The notes below the pieces were generated by a model, which searched no databases, was not told the DNA's origin, and saw only the letters and a program-made list of their open reading frames with translations. From Octopus sinensis (taxonomy: Eukaryota): a stretch of DNA of 33,970 bases. Every line of letters starts with the position of its first letter. Within the stretch, counting starts at the first letter, position 1. Location: assembly GCF_006345805.1 (NCBI RefSeq), contig NW_021829874.1, positions 1 to 33,970 on the forward strand, given 5' to 3'. This document shows, in pieces, positions 1 through 10,218 of the stretch. The position numbers and the translations under genes are program-made.

Positions 1-365
1 GATAGATAGAGAGAGCGATAGGTAGGTAGATAGACAGACAGGCAGACAGATAGACAGACATCAGACAGACAGACAGACAGAGATGCAAGGAGAGATGGAT
101 GGATAAATGGATAAGGTGGAGACATAGAGAGAGAGACAATAAAATGGCCGCAATGATTCCAAAACGACACCACAATGAAATAATATTCTTCAATGACCAG
201 TTTTGACATCGTCTGACAATGTGTAAACTGGGCAGAACTTTTAAGTCACTGTCAACAATATTCTTGTTTATGTATAAAAAAACTTGTCCTCTACAAAAGA
301 ATAAGAGGAACCAATCAAATTAATGTAGAATTGTTTTTTTATTACAACTGAATACAAAAAGCAAA

Positions 366-1269
366 GGATCTTTTCCGTTTGACCGGCAGTTTTTAACATA
401 ATTTCTAGGTAACTAAACACTTTTAAACTTCGTATTCTGGTAGAATGTGTTTATAAAACATCTTTTTCTCTTGGCTTTATTGAAAAAATTCTAGAGTTTA
501 TAAGATATTTGTTGGTTTTTTTTTCTTCAATTTCTGCAATCTCAACCAATCACTGACGTCCATTGGGGTAAAAAAAACATTCTGTGCTGTATGAATATGT
601 CCCTTGTTTAAGAAACAGGGATCTTTTCCATTTGAACGGCAGTTTTTAACACAATTTCTAGGTAACTAAACACTTTTAAACTTCGTATACTGGTAGAATG
701 TGTTTATAAAACATATTTTTCTCTTGGCTTTATTGAGAAAATTCTATAGTTTCTAAGATATTTGTTGGTTTTTTTCTTCAATTTCTGCAATTTCAACCAA
801 TCAATGACGTCTATTGAGGTAAAAAAAAACATTCCGTGCCGTATGAATATGTCCCACGTTTGGATTTTTTCGGTTTGAACGGCAGTTTTTAACATAATTT
901 CTAGGTAACTAAACACTTTTAAACTTCGTATACTGGTAGAATGTGTTTATAAAACATCTTTTTCTCTTGGCTTTATTGAGAAAATTCTATAGTTTGTAAG
1001 ATATTTGTTGGGTTTTTTTCTTCAATTTCTGCAATTTCAACCAATCAATGATGTCTATGGAGGTAAACAACATTCTGTGCCGTATGAATATGTCCCTTGT
1101 TTAAGAAACAGATTGGGATTATTTACATTTCTGAAGAAAAAAAAGATACCCTTCCCCCCACCCCTAAAACAGATTGAAATGCAATAGATCGATACTAGGG
1201 TCATAATCATGGGTGACAATTTCATATGATACCGCTAGAAAAAACTGCCGTTCAAACCGAAAAGATCCC
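366..1269 (+). mobile_element. Non-autonomous TIR DNA element (MITE) with its left ~250 bp present three times (units start 366, 618, 862)
   Basis: TIR (g)ggatcttttccgtttgaacggcagttttt is matched by aaaaactgccgttcaaaccgaaaagatccc ending at 1269; a second family member lies inverted at 24129-24754. Confidence 0.8.
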
Positions 1270-1339
1270 ATAACAAACATTAATATATATAAATGTATAT
1301 GTAATGTGTGGGTGTGTGTATATGTGTATATATACATAT

Positions 1340-1632
1340 ATCATCATCACCATCATCATCGTTTAACGTCCGTTTTCCATGCTAGCATGGGTTGGACGGT
1401 TCGACCGGGGATCTGGGAAGCCAGAAGGCTGCACCAGGCTCCAGTCTTATCTGGCAATGTTTCTACAGCTGGATGCTCTTCCTAACGCCAACCACTCCAT
1501 GAGTGTAGTGGGTGCTTTTTACGTGCCACCGGCACAGGTGCCAGACAGGGCTGGCAAACGGCCACGGTTGGAGGGTGCTTTTTACGTGCCACTGGCACGG
1601 AGGCCTGTCGGGGCGGCGCTGGCAACGGCCAC
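1340..1632 (-). mobile_element. SINE-like retroposon family B with (GAT)n tail
   Basis: Same sequence (ggagtggttggcgttaggaagggcatccagc...ggacgttaaacgatgatgat) recurs at 8018-8325, 17126-17457, 21027-21955 and 23625-23853. Confidence 0.8.
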
Positions 1633-1651
1633 ATTAAATAAACAAGTCATA

Positions 1652-2280
1652 GGTGCAAGAGTAGCTGTGTGGTAAGTGGCTTGCTTACCAATCACATGGC
1701 TCCGGGTTCAGTCCCACTGTGTGGCATCTTGGGCAAGTGTCTTCCACTATAGCCTCGGGCTGACCAAAGCCTTGTGAGTGGATTTGGTAGATGGAAACTG
1801 AAAGAAGCGCATCGTATATATATATCTATATATATATATATATATATAGGTGCAGGAGTGGCTGCATGGTAAGTAGCTTGCTAACCAACCACATGGTTCC
1901 GGGTTCAGTCCCACTGCGTGGCATCCAAAGCAAGTGTCTTCTACTATAGCCTCGGGCTGACCAAAGCCTTGTGAGTGGATTTGGTAGACGGAACTGAAAG
2001 AAGCCTGTCGTATATGTATGTATATATATATATATATGTATGTGTGTGTTTGTGTGTCTGTGTTTGTCCCCCTAGCATTGCTTGACAACCGACGGTGGTG
2101 TGCTTACGTCCTCGTCACTTAGCGGTTCAGCAAAAGAGACCGATGGAATAAGTACTGGGCTTACAAAAAAGAATAAAGTCCCAGGGTCGATTTGCTCGAC
2201 TAAAAAAACGCATTGCTCCAGCATGGCCGCAGTCCAAATGACTGAACCAAGTAAAAAGAGTAAAAAGAGTCAAAGAGTAA
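1652..2280 (+). mobile_element. tRNA-derived SINE family A, duplicated head plus tail
   Basis: Pol III A box TGGCTGTGTGG and B box GGTTCAGTCCC; CORE-like accttgggcaagt; internal (TA)n/(TG)n; tail ending aagtaaaagag. Recurs at about ten loci in the window. Confidence 0.85.
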
Positions 2281-2713
2281 GTCAATACGTTTTGTGATTA
2301 TAGAGAATATCTCCTTTATTATAAATGACAAGTTTAACGAACAAATTTAACGAGACTCTACAAAGCACATAATTAAATGAGCAAATGAGAAAAGGGGCCA
2401 CTTTCAATCTTACTCGCTCCCTTTTTTTTATACACACAGTCTCCCATGCTCTTTCTCTCATAGTTTACATACATTCCGATACATATATACCCTCATATAC
2501 ACAACCACTTTCTCCCTTTCGTTTTTCACAGTATCACAACTATGGGTTTAGGTTTTGTCCAAGCTCAGAATAGAATGAAGAGAATACAGTAAGATAATTA
2601 CATAAACACACATATATATACACACCTTATACATGTGTGTGTGTGTGTGTGTATATATTTATGTATGTATATACACATATATGCACATGTAGAAGCACGT
2701 GTGTGTGTGAATA

Positions 2714-2761
<48 letters not shown>

Positions 2762-2818
2762 CATATATGTGTGTATATATAAATACTTATGTGGGTGTGT
2801 AAATTATGTGTATATGTC

Positions 2819-2855
<37 letters not shown>

Positions 2856-3039
2856 TGTTGCTGTGGCCCTGGAGGAACCAGATGATCTATATGTACATAT
2901 ATATATATATATATATATATGGGTGTGTGTGTTTCCTGACATGAAACCAATGGTAGCCTTAATTGACAAATAAAGAAATTATATCCACCAATGCGTTGTT
3001 GAGCACTCATTTCCATCATTCAACATTTACGTGTATATA

Positions 3040-3094
<55 letters not shown>

Positions 3095-3397
3095 ATGTAT
3101 GTATGTATGTATGTATGTATGCAAACCACACACACACAGCTGTAATACAAAAGTGTCTCTGGACAGCCTGAGTGGCATCATTCAAAAGCTACTATGCAAA
3201 GAAGCAAACTGTGACCAGCGGTGTATAACAACATCTGATAGTCTGATTGATAGAGTGAGGCATATACATATATGTGTGTGGTGTAACACAGTTTTGTGTG
3301 TCAGTGAACAGGTCGCAGTTTCACAAAATTATAATTTTATGCCATGTTACAAAGAAATGTTTTGTTTCTGAATGGTTAACTTTCATCTTTCACCCTG

Positions 3398-3448
<51 letters not shown>

Positions 3449-3563
3449 TATATATATATATATACCGGAGTAAACACATAAATGTGAAACAAGGTGGAAA
3501 AAAGAGTACTCAAATACCAGTGGTAGAGTAATATGCTTTATTTTAAGCAGCAGAAAATTCAAC

Positions 3564-3610
3564 AAAACCTGTTACTCTGAGTTTCACGTTCCCATTCATC
3601 GGACAGTTTT
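3564..3610 (-). ncRNA. Putative minimal type I hammerhead ribozyme (inverted copy)
   Basis: Minus strand reads aaaactgt CCGATGA atg-ggaa-cgt GAAA ctc-a-gag TA acaggtttt; stem II has one G-U pair. Confidence 0.55.
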
Positions 3611-3800
3611 TGCTAGAATAGAACCGACATGTCAATTCTATCCAGACTAGTATAAACGCTACACCTTTAAAAATGGACTTGTTATATATGTTTTTTGAAC
3701 TGACCGTTATTTGTAATGGACCAATCAAACAAGTCCATTTTTAAAGGTGTAGCGTTTATACTAGTCTGGATAGAATTGACATATCGGTCCTATTCTAGCA

Positions 3801-3847
3801 AAAACTGTCCGACGAACGGGAACGTGAAACTCAGAGTAACAGGTTTT
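3801..3847 (+). ncRNA. Putative minimal type I hammerhead ribozyme
   Basis: Stem I CUGU; core CCGACGA; stem II ACG-GGAA-CGU; GAAA; stem III CUC-A-GAG; UA; stem I partner ACAG. Predicted cleavage after GUA at 3838. Confidence 0.6.
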
Positions 3848-4035
3848 GTAGAATTTTCTGCTGCTTTAAATAAAGTATATATATATATATATATATATAT
3901 AGAAGTTCAGCAACAATTTAGATTCAAATGAATGGCACTTAATTTAGATGCACCATAGGGTTTTTGGTCAGTTAGTAGCTGACCTACTACCTTATATTTT
4001 TTTTTTTTTTTGTACTTGTTTCAGTCACTTTTAGA

Positions 4036-4197
4036 GTGGTGAAAGAGTACAGCAGGGATCACCACCTCCTGCCGGAGCCTCGTGGAGCTTTTAGGTGTTT
4101 TCGCTCAATAAACACTCACAACGCCCAGTCTGGGAATCGAAACCGCGATCCTCCGACCGCAAGTCCACTGCCCTAACCACTAGGCCATTGCGCCTCC
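4036..4197 (-). mobile_element. tRNA-derived SINE family C, 5' part
   Basis: Minus strand ggaggcgcaaTGGCCTAGTGGttagggcagtggac...GGTTTCGATTCCc: A and B boxes followed by a non-tRNA body, with no closing acceptor stem. Confidence 0.7.
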
Positions 4198-4464
4198 TAA
4201 GAATTAATAATCTTTCCTAAGAATTTAATAATCTTTCTACACTGACCTAAAATTTTTTTCTCTCCACAGAGATAGATTGACCCTTTGTTCTAGTGAACAA
4301 CCTGTTCTTATTTTAAATTTCCTGAATTTTCCCCCTTTTTTCTTCAACTAACTTGAATTCTTTCCCTACCCTTACCCCAATCCATACAACTAAAAAAAAA
4401 TTTCTTACAGCGGTCAGTTGTAAACAAGATTTTGGTCAGTTGGCATCTGAACTACACGACCTTA

Positions 4465-4822
4465 CACTACCGTCAGAAATTAATTAGCACCCTTGTGCTG
4501 TCACCTAGTGGCCATATCTCGAACTATTGCTTTGTTGCGAGTTCACTGTTGCGCAGAACGATGACGTAACTTTGTTTGCAGAGCAGTTTGAGAGTCTACA
4601 GCCTTATGATGTTGACATAGCAGTGCAACAACAACTTGGAGTGCGGATGCAGACAAATCTTCCTTTGTTTAATAGATATAGGTAGCGCCTCGCAAGGACC
4701 GAAATCACACCATACTAAGTTTTCTCATCGCGTAAGACGTTTTGAACAGCTCATAAGGTTAATTGATTTAACCTATTTAATGTAGAAATTTGAGAAGTGC
4801 TAATTAATTTCTGACGCAAGTG
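4465..4822. mobile_element. Tc1/mariner-type MITE, 358 bp
   Basis: 26-bp TIRs CACTACCGTCAGAAATTAATTAGCAC / GTGCTAATTAATTTCTGACGCAAGTG (2 mismatches); TA on both sides (4463-4464, 4823-4824). Confidence 0.85.
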
Positions 4823-5074
4823 TATGTTCCTAAGATTCATATCTACATCTTTATCTGTATATTTACCTTCCCTAAGATGTTATTAATTGATTTGAAAACT
4901 TTATATTATTGGAAAACCTATATAAAATTAGCTGAAGATTACCCGGCATCTTAAATCTGCTGTAATATTTACAGCTTTTAATAAAATGTTGTAGTATGAA
5001 ACAATTGTACTAAATTACCGGATTCATTCTTGTTGCTTATTTTTATATATATATATATATATATTCCTTTATTT

Positions 5075-5390
5075 CTTTTTTACTTGTTTCAGTCATTTGA
5101 CTGCAGCCATGCTGGAGCACCGCCTTTAGTCGAACAAATCAACCCAAGGACTTATTCCTTGCAAGCCTAATTCTATCGGTCTCTTTTTGCCAAACTGCTA
5201 AGTGACAGAGATGTTTGGGGGGACAAACACAAACATACATATATACGACGGGCTTCTTTCAGTTTCCGTCCACCAAATCCACTCATAAGGGTTAGTAGAA
5301 GACACTTGCCCAAGGTGCCACACAGTGGGAATGAGCTTGGAACCATGTGGTTCATAGGCAAGCTACTTACCACACAGCCATTCCTGTGCC
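5075..5390 (-). mobile_element. SINE family A, internally deleted copy
   Basis: Reverse complement of the family A head and tail. Confidence 0.75.
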
Positions 5391-5809
5391 TATATATATA
5401 TAATATATATATATATTATATATATAATATATATATATATGTATGTATGTATATGTATGTATCATTATCAGTTGTCACACAACCACCAACAATAAAAATA
5501 CTACTATGGCAACCACCATCATCACCATCGTCATTATCATCATCACCATCATCACCAAACAAGCAAACAAGGAATCTCAAACGCGCTTCCTCGAACGATC
5601 TGCAAGAAATAGCAGTCAAGTGTTCCCTCAGATTGCACACACACACACACACACATATACACACAAACACATACATACTACATACACACATGCATGTGTG
5701 CAGGCATTAATGTCTTGGAAAAGGTAAAACAAAACAAAGGACACATTAGGTAATAGAATCCTAGATAGGCAGGGCCAAAGGTAAAAAACAAAAGAAATAA
5801 ATAAAAATA

Positions 5810-5925
5810 GATGAGATGGTCACATGGCTGGAATGCCTTTTGATCATAGGTCTGCAGTTCAATTCAAGTCAGGACTGACCTAGGGTTAAATAACAATGGC
5901 AGCAACAACAACAACAACAACAACA
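5810..5925 (+). repeat. Interspersed repeat 3' tail ending in (CAA)n; related fragments at 33210-33440
   Basis: gatggtcac..ggctggaatgcctttgatcataggtctg...caggactgacct.ggg.taaa.aacaa is shared between the two loci. Confidence 0.55.
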
Positions 5926-6224
5926 TTGCTTAATCACCCTATCAAACAAGAATAACTCTCAACACCACCAACTAATACTATCAACACTGTCGTCACCACC
6001 ACCACCATCATCATCACTACAAACACCACCATCATCATCATCACCTACACCACCACCACCACCACCACCACCACAATAAAGATCACTACCAGATATTGTC
6101 ATTGACCCCAACCCCCCTCACACCAACACCTCTCTGGACCTTACCATTTCCAAAGGAAACACCATTGTCAACTCTGTGAAACCAACAGGACAGGACACAC
6201 CATGTGGGGCTGCTTTCGTCCCAG

Positions 6225-7200
6225 GGGAGGGAGAGGAGGTGGGGGGTGGAGGAGAGGGAAGGGTGGAGAGAGGGGAGAGAGGGAGGGAGGGAGGACAGAA
6301 TGGATGGATGGAAGAAAATGAAGGAAAGGATGAATGAAAGAGAAAAGAAGAAAAGAATGAATGAGAGAAGAGAGGAAAGAAAGAAAAAGAACGAAAGAAA
6401 GAAAAAGAAAGAAAGAAGGAAGACAGAGAAAGAGAGAAAAAAGGAAGAAAGTCGGAGAAAGAAAAAGAAAGGAAGGGAGAGAGAAAGAAAGAAAAAAGAA
6501 AGAATGAGGCATGAAAGAACGAAAGAAGATAGAGAGATGGGAAGAGAGCAGAAGATAAAGAAGAAAAATAGAAGAGGGAGGGAGGGAGGACACAAGGAAG
6601 GAGAGAAAGGAAGGAAGGAAGGAAGGAAAGAGAGGTGAGAGAATGGGAAACGAGTGAAATAAAATGAAGGAAAGCAAGTGAAAGAAAAAATGGAAAGAGA
6701 GCAGAAAGGAAAGAAGAATGAATGGAAGAAAAGGAAGGAAGGAAGGAAGAAAAGGAAGGAAGGAAGGAAAGAAAGGAGGAAGGGGGGAGGAAGGGAGGAA
6801 GGAAGGGAAGAAGGAAGGAAAGAAGGAAGGAAAGAAGGAAGGAAGGAAGGAAGGAAAGAAAGAAGGAAGGGAGGGAAGAAGGGAGAGAGAGGGAGGGAGG
6901 AGGCGGGGAAGGAAGGAAAGAAGGAAAGAAGAATGGAAGGAAAGAAGGAAGGAAGGAAGGAAGGAAAGAAAGAAGGAAGGGAGGGAAGAAGGGAGAGAGG
7001 GAGGAAGAAGGAAGGAAGGAAAGAAGGAAAGAAGGAAGGAAGGAAGGAAAGAAGGAAGGAAGGAAGGAAGGAAGGAAGGGAGGGAGGAAGGAAAACAACA
7101 AAAAAAAAGCCAAAGGGAAAAAGAAGGAAAAAAAAAAGGGGGCAAAGAAAGGAAAGACAGAAAGGAATGAAGAAGAAAAAAGAATAAGAAGAGAAAGGGA
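6225..7200 (+). repeat. ~1 kb polypurine (GGAA/GAAA/GA)n tract
   Basis: Almost exclusively A/G on the plus strand. Confidence 0.95.
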
Positions 7201-7523
7201 GACGATGAGTGATGGTGACTGACGGTGACTGACGGTGATGTACGGTAGAGGATTCGGTGGCGATAAGCGATAACCGGTGGAGTTTCCTACCATGACAGTC
7301 CAGTTTGTTGTCCTTGGCTGTTGTTGTTGTTGTTGTTGTTGTTGTTTTTTCTTTAGTGTCTTTTTTTTGTTTTGTTTGTTGGTTTTCTTCTTTTCTTTTC
7401 CCTCGAATTTTCTTCTTCGCTTGTTTTGTTTCTTTTATTTGTTTTTGTTGTTTTTTTTTTTTTTTTGTTTTTGTGTTGTTGTTGTTGTTGTGTTTTTTTT
7501 TTTTTTTTTTTTGGGTTTCCTGA

Positions 7524-7656
7524 TCAGAAATTTCCTCCGAGGCTCAAAACGTCGAAACATATGTTGCACACGCGCACCGGTTTGGTGAGGTTGTACTTGA
7601 CGATGGGGATGTCATGGGTGGAGCATTTGGCACACAGCAGACGGCCACAGTGTCGA
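7524..7656 (-). CDS. ANKFY1: ANKFY1 last coding exon, FYVE C-half (RHCGRLLCAKCSTHDIPIVKYNLTKPVRVCNICFDVLSLGGNF-stop)
   Basis: Acceptor ttgcag|T; TGA at 7526-7524; RVC motif and remaining Zn ligands present. Confidence 0.95.
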
Positions 7657-8994
7657 CTGCAATAGAGAGACAGAGAGAGAGAGAAAGAGAGAAATGTTAG
7701 TACAGTTATTGAGAAAGAAAGTTAGACAGAATATACAGGGGTTAGCCAAAAGTTACCCGACACTAAATCAAAGTTCCTTGAATACTCTGTGTAATTCTGT
7801 GTTAACCCGAATAGAAAAATGTGTCGCTGAAGAAGGACTTCAGTTTGGGACGATTTTCATCATGTTTCATATTTGGATGCTTTTTTATGAATTCATTTGG
7901 TTGTTTAAACCTAAATAAATCTTGGAATTAAACGGTTTTGATTGACTGTCAGCTGACTTTTGGCCAACCATATATATATACATATATTAATAAATAAAAC
8001 ATATGCATATATATATATGCCAGCACCGCCCCGTTTCGTGTCCGTTGCCAGCCTCGCCTGGCCCTCGTGCCGGTGGCACATAAAAAGCACCATCCGTTCG
8101 TGGCCGTTTGCCAGCTCTGTCTGGCACCAGTGCGGGTGGCACGTAAAAAGCACCCACTACACTCACGGAGTGGTTGGCGTTAGGAAGGGCATCCAGCCGT
8201 AGAAACACTGCCAGATTTGACTGGGCCTGATGAAGCCTTCTGGCTTCACAGACCCCAGTAGAACCGTCCAACCCATGCTAGCATGGAAAACGGACGCTAA
8301 ATGATGATGATGATGATGATGATGATATACATATATGTACGTACCTACCTCTACATGTATATATACACGCATATATGAGTATAGGACACAAAAAAAACGT
8401 CAAACACAATGAGAAACGAAAACATAGACACAAACCCAAGGAACTGGACATTTTTCTTAAACAACAAAAAATAGAGTACAGGACAAATAACACAAGGAAA
8501 ATTCCCCTTCTTCAGTCGCCATGGTTTCATCTACTCTACATTTCGAAGGTGAATATGTATATATATATATATATATATAAATTTAATAAGGGTAGAAATT
8601 GATATTAATTAATTAAAACCAATGAATGAGCTACACTAATATTTGAATCCACCTCTGATACGTGCCACTTGATCAACAAGGGAGTTCGATGCTGCTGCCC
8701 GCATCCGCGTCTCCTGTCGTGAGGTAGGTTCATCTGGGACCCCCAACAATAAGAGATCCAGTTTAGTTTTAAAGAAACCCACATCCACACCATGCAAGTC
8801 TCTCAGGCATTTAGGGAGGATGTTAAAGAGCTGTGGTCCTCTGAAACCCAAGCTGTTGCAGTATCTGGACCTGTATTTTGATGGTGATGTTGGAATCTTT
8901 CGCACCATGCAGTGGCGCCCCGTTCTGCGGTTGGGGTAACTTTGAATGCCAAAGTCTGGGACAAGACCCTCCAGGATTTTCCAGATGTATATCA

Positions 8995-9027
<33 letters not shown>

Positions 9028-10176
9028 CACAGGAGTGGCTGTGTGGTAAGTAGCTTGCTAACCAACCACATGGTTGTGGGTTCAGTCCCACTGCGAGGCA
9101 TCTTGGGCAAGTGTCTTCTGCTATAGCCCCGGGCCAACAAATGCCTTGTGAGTGGATTTGGTAGACGGAGACTGAAAGAAGCCTGTCGTATATATGTATA
9201 TATATATATATGTGTGTATGTGTGTGTGTGTTTGTCCCCCTAGCATTGCTTGACAACCGATGCTGGTGTGTTTATGTCCCCGTCATTTAGCGGTTCGGCA
9301 AAAGAGACCGATAGAATAAGTACTGGGCTTACAAAGAATAAGTCCCAGGGTCGATTTGCTCGACTAAAGGCGGTGCTCCAGCATGGCCGCAGTCAAATGA
9401 CTCAAACAAGTAAAAGAGTAAAAGAGTATATATATATATATATATATGAGCAGATCTGAGAGCAATAGAGGAAGTGACTAAACCATTGAAAAAGTCGTGA
9501 ACATCAATGAAAGAACTTTGACTAACAAAGAAGTGAAAGTGGACCTGTGAGTGTGTTATTATTATTATTGATGTTAAGACCCTCCCAAAACACAACAAAA
9601 CAAAGCCATTATTTTTACAGAGAAAGTTTATACACTCTTTGACTTACCAGTGATGTTTCCGTGTTTTTATCCCAAACTTCACCCCACACTCCAAACAATT
9701 TTCACCGTCGCACCACGGAGGTTCTTTGGACAACATGTCTGGCAATGGAGAATAAAGAATACAGTGTAAAAGTATCTAAAGCCACTGTCGAGAGCCATAC
9801 CGACTCATACCGAAGATACATAGTACGCAGGAGTGGCTGTGTGGTAAGTAGCTTGTCTACCAACCGCATGGTTCCGGGTTCAGTCCCACTGCGTGGCACC
9901 TTGGGCAAGTGTCTTCTGCTATAGCCTCGGGCCGACCAAGCCTTGTGAGTGGATTTGGTAGACGGAAACTGAAAGAAGCCTGTTGTATATATGTATATAT
10001 ATATGTATGTGTGTGTGTATGTGTTTGTGTGGTAAGTAGCTTGTTTACCAACCACATGGTTCCGGGTTCAGTACCACTGCGTGGCACCTTGGGCAAGTGT
10101 CTTCTACTATAGCCTTGGGCCGACCAAAGTCTTGTGAGTGGATTTGGTAGATGGAAACTGAAAGAAGTCAGTCGTA

Positions 10177-10218
<42 letters not shown>

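Larger units (their letters stand above)
3466..3880. mobile_element. Foldback element, probably Penelope-like-element derived (inverted arms 3531-3683 and 3728-3880) within (TA)n
   Basis: 153-bp inverted arms with about 7 mismatches by hand count and a 44-bp spacer. Each arm has a hammerhead-like motif followed by AATAAA. Confidence 0.75.

Noticed and set aside
4120-4197. tRNA gene
   Set aside because: It has A/B boxes but no complete acceptor stem and runs into a SINE body; the same applies to the family A heads.
6086-7293. Lys/Glu/Arg-rich and Phe/Leu/Ser-rich ORFs
   Set aside because: Artefacts of the polypurine tract.
7820-7850. CTGAAGA hammerhead-like word
   Set aside because: It is part of the Tc1/mariner transposase remnant (AEEG) and has no downstream GAAA or stem III.
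8375-8550. Possible further hammerhead/Penelope fragment (minus strand cgaaatgtagag...ctgaagaagggg)
   Set aside because: Core-like words are present but I could not build consistent stems I-III; at most a degraded repeat.
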